DNA of 64,000 nt from Pseudobdellovibrionaceae bacterium (GTDB lineage: Bacteria > Bdellovibrionota > Bdellovibrionia > Bdellovibrionales > Bdellovibrionaceae). Where the stretch lies: contig JAOASS010000016.1 in NCBI GenBank assembly GCA_030158485.1, forward strand, positions 97,961 to 161,960, written 5' to 3'. The notes below the pieces were generated by a model. The model saw only the letters and a program-made list of their open reading frames with translations, was not told where the DNA came from and did not search any database. A program made the position numbers and the translations under genes. Each line of letters starts with the position of its first letter. Positions within the stretch are counted from its first letter, which is position 1. Of this stretch, positions 27,422 to 35,652 are shown in pieces.

Positions 27422-28207
27422 CTAGAATAATTTTCCTTCAATCGACAAATAAAGAAGGACTTCATTTTGTCCAGCGTTGTCACCGACGCCGATTGGAAAA
27501 GCAAGGCCTGGGACATACTGCCACCCATTGTGATCGATTGCATAGCGAAGACTGGGACTGACTAATAATTCTTGAGACCATGTAGTCGTATCAGCCGCAA
27601 CGGTTTCTTCTTCATGAGATCCTGCAACTTCTAGCATAAAGTTAAGATTGTCTTTGAAAAGGTAAACTTGGCTAAAACCCCAAAAATAACGGCTGTTGTC
27701 AGCCTTCATGCCTGTCGAATCTTTTGCATCGGGTGTGATCGAAGCACCTAAGTTCCAGTGTTGAACCCACTGCTTAGATAATTTAACAGAAGTGATCATC
27801 GACCCCTCAAGGCCGGACTGTCCAGATCCAAACCCTTTTTTATAATCACCAGTCGGAGTTATCAAACTGATCCGACCAGTCATAACCGACGCTTCTGAGC
27901 GAATGATTTCATAGCGATAGTTCAGTTTGATATCACTTAATTGAGTTTTATCATTTGAGTCTAAAAACTGAATTGGAATTTCATATGACAATTGGTGATC
28001 TTGTGAAAAAACTGGAAATTCGTTAATAAAAGTATACTTCCAATCATCTGTTTTTTGGTTTTTTTGCCAAACATTGATAAATTGATAAACTCCGACTTCT
28101 TGATTATAAGCTTCTTCAACTAAGAACGAATTGTCTTCAACAGGTCCAGCAAAAGAGTAAAGTGTAAAAAAAATAGAACATACAAAAACGATTATTTTAT
28201 GAATCAT
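27422..28207 (-). CDS. Outer-membrane beta-barrel protein (unknown function)
   Basis: Signal peptide MIHKIIVFVCSIFFTLYSFA, alternating amphipathic strands, and a C-terminal EGKLF with a terminal Phe. Confidence 0.6.
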   Translation of the reverse strand: MIHKIIVFVCSIFFTLYSFAGPVEDNSFLVEEAYNQEVGVYQFINVWQKNQKTDDWKYTFINEFPVFSQDHQLSYEIPIQFLDSNDKTQLSDIKLNYRYEIIRSEASVMTGRISLITPTGDYKKGFGSGQSGLEGSMITSVKLSKQWVQHWNLGASITPDAKDSTGMKADNSRYFWGFSQVYLFKDNLNFMLEVAGSHEEETVAADTTTWSQELLVSPSLRYAIDHNGWQYVPGLAFPIGVGDNAGQNEVLLYLSIEGKLF

Positions 28208-28945
28208 GAAGTCTCCAGTTGTTGAAAGAAATTAAAGAATAAACCGACAGACTTATCGGATTCAAATAGAATTCAAAAACTCTTTATATTTATAAGGTCT
28301 CGTATGAAAACGAAGCGAAACGAATTGAATTGAAATTTCGAATTGTAAGAAATCTAAACTCATAAATAACAATTAAACTTATTTTGGTTGCCTACTTTAT
28401 CAGCAATAAATTTCAATTTTTTTGATTTTTAACTGAATTAAAACTCTACGCAGCAAGTGCGTTATTTAAACTAGACTTTATGCCTGTGAACAAATTGGCA
28501 CTCAATCTAGATCAATGGTCGGGCTTTTGAAGCAAGTTTAGAAATCCACATTTTTTTTAAATCAGTAAAGAAAATGAAGCTGCAATTTTAAAGCAGAGTC
28601 TTTCGCCAAAGCCTTTCCAGGCTGGGAATTCACAGAATTTTTAATCAAAATAATTTTTTGATTAATGCTCAATTTGCTAAAAAAATAATCAGGCACTTTG
28701 CAAGTCAAAAATTGTTAAAAATCAGGAGCAGATACTTTTATGCAACACCTATCAGTGAACGAAAATATGGCCTAAATTGGAGTTAACAAAAGTGAGTGTT
28801 AGAAATTGTCTTGAACTGAAACGGTCACCTTATTACCATTATTTGTGTAAGAGATAAAAAAGTTTTGGCACAACGAAGGTCCATACCTGCGTTGCGCCCA
28901 AAGTTTAATAACAAAACGTTAAGTAATTAACGAAAGGACACAAAC

Positions 28946-30115
28946 ATGAAAAAGATCTTGTTGATCGCAGCTGTGACAATCGCATCTGTATCTGCACATG
29001 CATCAAAAGCGCGTTTATCTGCTTTGCAAGACGCAAAACATATTGAAGACATCCAAGAGGTGTTTCAATCAGAACCCGATCAAGCTCTCAGATATGAAGC
29101 TGCAACTGTTGAATTCGGTGGTGGCACAGGAGCTCCTGAAGCAGAAGGTGGATTCATCCGCAAAATGGGAGATTCTGCATGGTCAATGTACTTAGGTCGT
29201 TCTTCTACTACTTATTCTGGTGCAGCGGCTTTAGCAGCTGAAGAATTTGGTGGTTCTGATACTGAAACAACTGCACTTAACGATGCATTTGCTCAGGATA
29301 ACACTTTGCAATTAACTTATGCTTCTAAAATGGGTGAAATTTCTTGGGGTGCAGGCTTATTCTACGTAAGCAACGACTTCAAAAATGGTCAATCATTTGG
29401 AACTGTCGGTGGTGCTACAACTGATTTCGATGCTGATAAAAAGCAAGATATCATGGGTCTTTTAATTGGCGCTAACAACGGCACTTGGGATGTTCAATTA
29501 AGACAAGGTTTAACTGGTAAAACAGAGTTGAACGATGTTGCTAACTTGACTAACGGTACATCTCTTGCGAACGGTCAAGATATCGAATTGAACTCAACTA
29601 ACAGCACAAAGCTTTCTGGTGGCTACAAAATGGACACTATGTATTTCCATGGTGCTTACGAAATGTCTGCTGGCGAATTGAAAGTTAACTCTGCTAAGAA
29701 CAAAGATTTAGATGTTTCTGAAATCACTGTTGGCGTTATCAATACACACAAAAAAGATGGTGTTGATTTCTTTTATGGCGCTACAGTTATCATGAATACA
29801 ACTAAAGAAGACGTTGGTGACACTAAAGATGAATCAACACTTGTGCCACTTATCGTGGGTGTAGAGTCTGAAGTAAACACTTGGTTAACTCTTCGTGGTT
29901 CTATCACTCAGAACCTTGGTTTATTAAGTACTTCAAAGCCAGACGGTGGAAGCGCAGCTTCAACTGCTGACAACACAACTACTCGTTTGGGCGCAGGCTT
30001 CAAATGGGGTAAAGCTGATGTCGATGCAGTTATCGGAACTGGTTCAACTGGAACTTTCGGTCTTGATGATGATGGCAATAACTTTGCTAACATGTCAGTT
30101 ACTTACACTTTCTAA
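28946..30115 (+). CDS. Porin-like major outer-membrane beta-barrel protein
   Basis: Signal peptide MKKILLIAAVTIASVSAHA and a Gly/Thr/Ala/Asp/Asn-rich composition with few Lys/Arg. The C-terminus is ANMSVTYTF. It has a long upstream leader and a strong terminator, consistent with high expression. Confidence 0.7.
   Translation: MKKILLIAAVTIASVSAHASKARLSALQDAKHIEDIQEVFQSEPDQALRYEAATVEFGGGTGAPEAEGGFIRKMGDSAWSMYLGRSSTTYSGAAALAAEEFGGSDTETTALNDAFAQDNTLQLTYASKMGEISWGAGLFYVSNDFKNGQSFGTVGGATTDFDADKKQDIMGLLIGANNGTWDVQLRQGLTGKTELNDVANLTNGTSLANGQDIELNSTNSTKLSGGYKMDTMYFHGAYEMSAGELKVNSAKNKDLDVSEITVGVINTHKKDGVDFFYGATVIMNTTKEDVGDTKDESTLVPLIVGVESEVNTWLTLRGSITQNLGLLSTSKPDGGSAASTADNTTTRLGAGFKWGKADVDAVIGTGSTGTFGLDDDGNNFANMSVTYTF
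30045..30080. terminator. Rho-independent terminator, bidirectional
   Basis: AAAAAACCCTGCT-GAAA-AGCGGGGTTTTTTATTTTT: a GC-rich stem with an A-run on one side and a T-run on the other, between convergent genes. Confidence 0.85.
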
Positions 30116-30230
30116 TTCTTGAATTAAAAAGTTTCGTAAAAAATAAAAAACCCTGCTGAAAAGCGGGGTTTTTTATTTTTATCCCAGCATAAATCTGACC
30201 CGGCAAGATCCAAATCAATTTAAAAAACTT

Positions 30231-30647
30231 TTACCAGTCTTGGCTGCTGTTTTCTCTTCGTAACTCTACATCAAAGCGCTTTTGGTCTGCATCAGTTTCA
30301 AGTTCGGAATCTTCTAAACTTTGAGCATCAGTTCCCGCTAAGCAGCCTGGAGTTTCCGATGATTCACATTTTACTTGTGCAGCTGTTTTTGTTTGTTTAA
30401 TTTCGGCTAAAATATCAAGAACTGCGAAGCGTTCATTGATGAAATTTCGAGTCGATACTTTTGAAGAAATGAGCTGTTTTTCAATAGCAATTTCTAAACA
30501 AGGTTGAATATGTCTTGTTTCAAATACGCTCATTGCGATTAAAAACTGAGTCGCTTGTTTTTCAATAGTGATCATATTGCATTGATTTAATTGAGCTTGA
30601 GCGGCCCAAGCCGTCAAAGTGATTAAAATTCCAGTAATAAACTTCAT
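30231..30647 (-). CDS. Small secreted hypothetical protein
   Basis: Start moved to the ATG at 30647 (GGAGG RBS), giving MKFITGILITLTAWAAQA as signal peptide. Several Cys are present. No domain recognised. Confidence 0.5.
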   Translation of the reverse strand: MKFITGILITLTAWAAQAQLNQCNMITIEKQATQFLIAMSVFETRHIQPCLEIAIEKQLISSKVSTRNFINERFAVLDILAEIKQTKTAAQVKCESSETPGCLAGTDAQSLEDSELETDADQKRFDVELRRENSSQDW

Positions 30648-30785
30648 AAAACCTCCGGATTCTGTATCAGATGCCAGAAGTAGACTCTTCAAGTTTCTTG
30701 CCCGTTTAAAACAAATAAACAAGGCTTCAGGACATTAAGCTACTTAATAGAGCCTTAAAATGGCTTGAAAGTGACTTTTTACGAT

Positions 30786-31862
30786 TCATTTTTCTGTTGG
30801 CCCATCGTAATTCGGAAAAATAAAATCAACTTTGAATGGGTACTGATATGACTTATACGCACTTAAGATTGGTTTTCCAGCAGATCGGTAAGCTTCATCC
30901 CATAAGTGGGCGAGCATCCAAGCGGCACGGCTCATATGAGTTATGATTATGGGTTCAAATTTTTTAATAACTTGAGCCGGTTCTTTTCGAGTCGCAGCTG
31001 TTTTTATTTTCATTCCTTTTTCAGTTTTTAATTCGGACTTTTTAATAATGGGATCTAATTTCTTTAATTTTGGAATATCATCATAAGCCGCAATACTAAA
31101 AGCTTTCATTTTTTCTAAAGTTGTTCCTTTGGCCCAAGAGGGCTGGTTTAAAGTCCGAGCTTTTTTAAGAACTTTAGAAAGCAAATCCCCATCAAGTTCT
31201 GCCACAAGCGCCTCTTCGTAGTAGCTATGAATTCCGCCATGGCCACTATCGTAACCATCATAATCAGAAGTGGTGTGGAAGGGCTGTGCAGTGTCAGCTA
31301 CATAATGGCCCATGATTCCTGCTGTAGTTAAAAACTGATAAGCAGTTTTATTGAATACAAGTTCGACATTTTGTTCTTCCGATTTATTTCGAGGCACAGC
31401 TGCTTCTGAAAAATTATTTTTTAACGAAGATAAAATATTCATGAATTGATCGACTCGCCAGTAAACAGATCCTAGTTGGCGAGGCACTGAATAAATTTTT
31501 TCATTTGTATCTAATTGATTTGGAGTTCCAGTGAAATCTTTTTTTAGTTTTTCTAAATCTAGAGGAATTGTTTTCGGAGTATAGCCTATAATTTCGGGAT
31601 CAATGAAGTGTGCGGGGTCGCCAAAAGTTCTGACATCGCCGGGCTCACTTCGCCACTGAATATCTGGAATATTGCAAAGATGTCCCATCGTTTGTGGACG
31701 AGATTGAAGAAATTTTTTAAGCTCTTTTTCTTGGACTAAAAATGCAGCCGCTTCGCAAATTGTATGGTGTCCACGCCCGCCCCATGAAAAAGATTTTTCA
31801 CAAGCTAGAGTCAAAACCCAGAAAGCAAAAAAAAATTTAAGAAAAGATGATTTATCTGACAT
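30786..31862 (-). CDS. Secreted zinc-dependent S1/P1 nuclease / phospholipase C superfamily enzyme
   Basis: After the signal peptide the mature protein begins SWGGRGHHTICEAAAFLV (the WGxxGH start of S1/P1). It also has PAHFID and GHYVADTAQPFHTT (the HxxxDxxQPxH zinc motif), and SGHGGIHSYYE. Confidence 0.55.
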   Translation of the reverse strand: MSDKSSFLKFFFAFWVLTLACEKSFSWGGRGHHTICEAAAFLVQEKELKKFLQSRPQTMGHLCNIPDIQWRSEPGDVRTFGDPAHFIDPEIIGYTPKTIPLDLEKLKKDFTGTPNQLDTNEKIYSVPRQLGSVYWRVDQFMNILSSLKNNFSEAAVPRNKSEEQNVELVFNKTAYQFLTTAGIMGHYVADTAQPFHTTSDYDGYDSGHGGIHSYYEEALVAELDGDLLSKVLKKARTLNQPSWAKGTTLEKMKAFSIAAYDDIPKLKKLDPIIKKSELKTEKGMKIKTAATRKEPAQVIKKFEPIIITHMSRAAWMLAHLWDEAYRSAGKPILSAYKSYQYPFKVDFIFPNYDGPTEK

Positions 31863-32077
31863 AAAATTGTTAATTTTTCGATACAAAAAAATCATTTCAG
31901 AGTCCTTTGTTAGGGTGCGCGATACGGTACATTTGTTAGAGTTATCAGTAATTTACCAATGTGTTAAGAAATCTTGTGTGTCACTCGCCCATTTTGCAGT
32001 AAGAAATATTAAAAAAACTGTCTATTCTTTCTCAAACAAAGTTAATCCATGCCAAGGACCAACAGGGAGATTCGACG

Positions 32078-32827
32078 ATGGAGAAAATGACAGTACTAAA
32101 TGGCGGCTTGAGCAACGGCATCAACAACATGAATAATTTAGGCATCAGTCCAGGCTATGTACCGATGCCTCAATTCCCAACTCAAAAACAAGATATGCCT
32201 TATGAAATAATTCACGTTAAAGAAGGTGACATTTTGTTCACGGAACTTGAGCCTCCACGCGGTCTTTACTACGTTCAAAGTGGATGTATTAAAGTTGTTG
32301 TTAATCGAAAGCAATCACGAGGTCGAACAACATCACCTGAGTATGTTACAAAACTAGTCGGACCTGGAGAGTATTTCGGGTATAAAGCTCTTATTAAAGG
32401 GACGGTATCATCAGCTTTGGCAAAAGCGATAAAGCCAACTGTGATTTGGCTTTATTCCAAAGAATCAGTGGGAGTTGCTTTAAATCAATCCAATCCACTC
32501 TTGAAGCTCGTACTTGAGCAAGCAGTGGGTGATATCGAAAATTTCGAAACAATCAGTCAGCTCCATTATTTAGCAAGTGTGCAAGAAAGAATTGCTTATC
32601 AATTGGTGTTGATGGCAGAAAAATTCGGTGTTGAAACTCCGCAAGGTCTTTCTTTGAATTTAAAACTGACTCGAAATGAATTTGCTCAGCTCGCAAGTAC
32701 AATCAATGAATCTTTATCTCGTCATCTGACAGAATTTAAAAATGAAGGTTTAATTGAACTAAACGGTAAAGAAATTTTGATAAAAAATAAAGAAGGTCTT
32801 ATGAAAAAATCTGGGAACTTTCGCTAA
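32078..32827 (+). CDS. Crp/Fnr-family transcriptional regulator
   Basis: cNMP-binding beta-roll (GDILFTELEPPRGLYYVQSGCIKV ... GPGEYFGYKAL) and a C-terminal HTH (LTRNEFAQLASTINESLSRHLTEFKNEGLI). Confidence 0.8.
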   Translation: MEKMTVLNGGLSNGINNMNNLGISPGYVPMPQFPTQKQDMPYEIIHVKEGDILFTELEPPRGLYYVQSGCIKVVVNRKQSRGRTTSPEYVTKLVGPGEYFGYKALIKGTVSSALAKAIKPTVIWLYSKESVGVALNQSNPLLKLVLEQAVGDIENFETISQLHYLASVQERIAYQLVLMAEKFGVETPQGLSLNLKLTRNEFAQLASTINESLSRHLTEFKNEGLIELNGKEILIKNKEGLMKKSGNFR

Positions 32828-32904
32828 ACTTATAAATTCTGAAGAACCCAACTCTCAGTCGTGGATGTTTATTTTCATGAGTTAAGCTTAGTTTCTGGAT
32901 CATA

Positions 32905-32942
32905 AAAAGCCCTTGAGTCTAAAATCTTAAGGGCTTTTTATT
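32905..32942 (+). terminator. Rho-independent terminator
   Basis: AAAAGCCCTT...(14-nt loop)...AAGGGCTTTTT downstream of the Crp-family gene. Confidence 0.6.
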
Positions 32943-33008
32943 TAAGAGTTTTCAATTGAGTCTCAATATAGTTTGCTAATCTACGAAGTCTTGTTTAAAT
33001 CACGAGTT

Positions 33009-33761
33009 ATGAATCAAAATCCCCATTCCGCTGCTAATGGAAATCAAAATATTCATTTTATTGGTTTTGTTGAGTCTTGCTATGTTGATAAATTTGGGAC
33101 ACCTCGACAGCCAGGATTAGCGCCAGACTCAAAAGCATTTTTAAAAATCAGTCATGAATGGCAACCAGAGAGCTCGTTGCAGGGCCTAGGTGGATTTAGT
33201 CATTTATGGGTTCTGTTTTGGTTTCATAAAAATAGCGAGAACTCACGGTTTCATGCAAAAGTTTTCCCACCTCGTATGGAGGGTGAAAAAGTGGGTGTCT
33301 TTGCGACTCGAAGTCCGCATCGACCTAACCCTATAGGCTTATCTCTGGTTAAAATTCAGAGCATTGAAAGGAATGGAGTTTGGGTCAGCGGAGTCGACTT
33401 GATTGATGGGACTCCAATTTTAGATATTAAACCTTATCTTCATTATGCAGAATCATTGTCAGAAGCAAAAAGTGGTTGGGTTGAAGACAAGTCCGAATTA
33501 ACTCACATTGAAGTTGAGTTTCTTTGCACGCAGGTACTTGAAAAATGGAAGAACCAACGGCCCGAAATTGAATCTTTGATTGTGCAAACTTTGAAGTTAG
33601 ACCCTCGGCCGGGCGTTTATAAAGGATACGAAGGAGAAGCTTCTCCTTATCGCGCTAGGCATGCGGTGCGTCTATATGAGGGTGATGTGCATTTCGAGTT
33701 CGTGTCACCTTTTAAGATTCAAGTTTTTGATATTCGTTTTGCGAATGATGAGATTCCTTAA
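33009..33761 (+). CDS. trmO: tRNA (t6A37) methyltransferase TrmO/TsaA family
   Basis: FGTPRQPGL, FSHLWVLFWFH, GVFATRSPHRPNPIGLSLVKI and DLIDGTPILDIKPY. Start at the ATG at 33009. Confidence 0.85.
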   Translation: MNQNPHSAANGNQNIHFIGFVESCYVDKFGTPRQPGLAPDSKAFLKISHEWQPESSLQGLGGFSHLWVLFWFHKNSENSRFHAKVFPPRMEGEKVGVFATRSPHRPNPIGLSLVKIQSIERNGVWVSGVDLIDGTPILDIKPYLHYAESLSEAKSGWVEDKSELTHIEVEFLCTQVLEKWKNQRPEIESLIVQTLKLDPRPGVYKGYEGEASPYRARHAVRLYEGDVHFEFVSPFKIQVFDIRFANDEIP

Positions 33762-33826
33762 TCCCAGTAGACTTATCACTCGAGGATCGCTAAAAAATAG
33801 AAGTGGTCTAAGCGAAGGGGAAAACC

Positions 33827-34861
33827 ATGGATTCAGGAACTTTTGCAACTGAAGCTTCTCAAGTCTTAAAAAAACCAGTCGAAAATCATAAATCGGGTCT
33901 ACAAACGACAGGTTTAATTAAACGCCAAGTCCCCACTTTAAGTTTAGCTGATTACACGATGGGTACTGCTGAAAAAAAACAAGCTTTCATTGATCACTTA
34001 TGGACAGGCTTACGTCATTACGGATTTATTATTTTAAAAGATCACGGAGTTTCAACTGAACTACAAAAGGAAGCTTACCAAATTTTAGCCCAGTTTTACG
34101 CTCTCCCAACTGAAGTTAAAAGAAATTACATTTCTTCTGCTGGTGGTGGGCAACGTGGCTATACTGCATTCGGCCAAGAGCATGCGAAAGACTCTCCGGT
34201 TATGGATTTGAAAGAATTTTGGCATGTGGGGCGTGAGGTTTCTGCAGATCATCCTATGTCATCTCATTACCCAGCTAATATTTGGCCCCAAGAAATTCCA
34301 GAATTTAAAAAAGTATTCAGCCAACTTTTTAAATCTTTAGAAGAGGCCGGTAAGATTATGCTGGAAGCTCTGACAGGACCACTAAACGTAAAAAATGATT
34401 ATTTTAAAACTCGAGTGCAAGAAGGTAATTCTATCTTAAGACTTCTTCATTATCCTCCAATTCCAGTCGGTGTGGATCCTCGCTGTTTAAGGGCTGCTCC
34501 TCACGAGGATATTAATTTTATTACACTTTTACCAGCGGCTACAACCAGTGGGCTTCAGTTGAAAGATCGTGATGGATCTTGGTTGGATGTTGACGGTGAA
34601 GTTGGAACATTGATTGTGGATGTGGGCGATATGTTGGCACGTTTAACGAATGACGTTCTGCCTTCGACTACTCATCAAGTTATCAACACTGAAGAAGGTC
34701 GTATTCGATCTCGTTATAGCATGCCTTTTTTCATGCATCCACAAGCCGATGTTGATTTGTCATGCTTGCCAAGTTGCAGGGGAGACGGTGAAAAGTACGC
34801 TCCGATAAAAGCCGGAGATTTTTTAATGCAAAGATTGCGAGAGATCGGTCTTATCAAGTAA
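33827..34861 (+). CDS. 2-oxoglutarate/Fe(II)-dependent oxygenase (isopenicillin N synthase-like)
   Basis: LLHYPPIP, AAPHEDINFITLL (HxD), PSTTHQV (distal His) and RYSMPFF (2OG-binding Arg region). Confidence 0.75.
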   Translation: MDSGTFATEASQVLKKPVENHKSGLQTTGLIKRQVPTLSLADYTMGTAEKKQAFIDHLWTGLRHYGFIILKDHGVSTELQKEAYQILAQFYALPTEVKRNYISSAGGGQRGYTAFGQEHAKDSPVMDLKEFWHVGREVSADHPMSSHYPANIWPQEIPEFKKVFSQLFKSLEEAGKIMLEALTGPLNVKNDYFKTRVQEGNSILRLLHYPPIPVGVDPRCLRAAPHEDINFITLLPAATTSGLQLKDRDGSWLDVDGEVGTLIVDVGDMLARLTNDVLPSTTHQVINTEEGRIRSRYSMPFFMHPQADVDLSCLPSCRGDGEKYAPIKAGDFLMQRLREIGLIK

Positions 34862-34872
34862 GAATAAGGAAA

Positions 34873-35646
34873 ATGAGAAAAAACTTTATTCTTCTTGTCA
34901 TCGGCGTTGTTGGGCTTGCAGTCTTACTTTATTTAGTGAGTCCGCTGTCTCGTTCAGATGAAGAAAATAATCAGAGCCAACAAGTTGAAGCTTTACAAGA
35001 AACTCTTGTCGAAGAAAATTTTGAAGCTCCTGAAGCTGAATCGACAATCATTCCAGCGGCGTCACCGGTTTCTTTATCAAATAGTGGTTCAAGTGATAAT
35101 TCAGTCATCAGTCCAGCTGTCATGAAAATTTTCGCTCAAAAATTGCGTGATATGGGAGCCTGTCTTGAAACTCAGAACAACGTACCCGGAGATGAGCTCG
35201 ACCCTCAATTGCAAACTTTAATTGATTCTGTTCGTGGTGAATGGGGTGAATCCGTTATCAGCACAGAAGATTGGATGCAAATTGAAATGGAAACTCCTGA
35301 GGGCGAGAAAAGACGTCTTCGAGTCGAAATGGATTTTGATACTGATACCCAAGTTCAGCGAAAATTAAAATTTATGACGGTCGAAAAAGACGGACAAACA
35401 ACACCGATTTCTGTTCCCGAAGATCAAGCGATTGAACCTTCTGACTCATTAATTGCATCACTAGAGGCCGGAAATAAAATTATGACAAAAGAGAAGTTTG
35501 AGCGAATTTATTTCCAAAATGGTGAAGAAATCGTAGCCCGTCAAAAGGATGGATTTCTAACAGAAATTGAAGTTAACAAAGGGCCTAAAAGCTTTCGCTG
35601 TACAAAAGTGAATGAGGAATCCGCTAACTGCCAGTGTATTCAATAG
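34873..35646 (+). CDS. Membrane-anchored or secreted hypothetical protein
   Basis: N-terminal hydrophobic segment FILLVIGVVGLAVLLYLV, an acidic linker, and a C-terminal CTKVNEESANCQC. No domain recognised. Confidence 0.5.
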   Translation: MRKNFILLVIGVVGLAVLLYLVSPLSRSDEENNQSQQVEALQETLVEENFEAPEAESTIIPAASPVSLSNSGSSDNSVISPAVMKIFAQKLRDMGACLETQNNVPGDELDPQLQTLIDSVRGEWGESVISTEDWMQIEMETPEGEKRRLRVEMDFDTDTQVQRKLKFMTVEKDGQTTPISVPEDQAIEPSDSLIASLEAGNKIMTKEKFERIYFQNGEEIVARQKDGFLTEIEVNKGPKSFRCTKVNEESANCQCIQ

Positions 35647-35652
35647 TTTTAA

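Noticed and set aside
28641-28665. FNR/CRP-type box interpretation of the inverted repeat TTAATCAAAA-N5-TTTTGATTAA.
   Set aside because: The FNR consensus is TTGAT-N4-ATCAA. Here the half-sites are in the opposite order (ATCAA...TTGAT) with a different spacing. I kept it only as a generic operator candidate.
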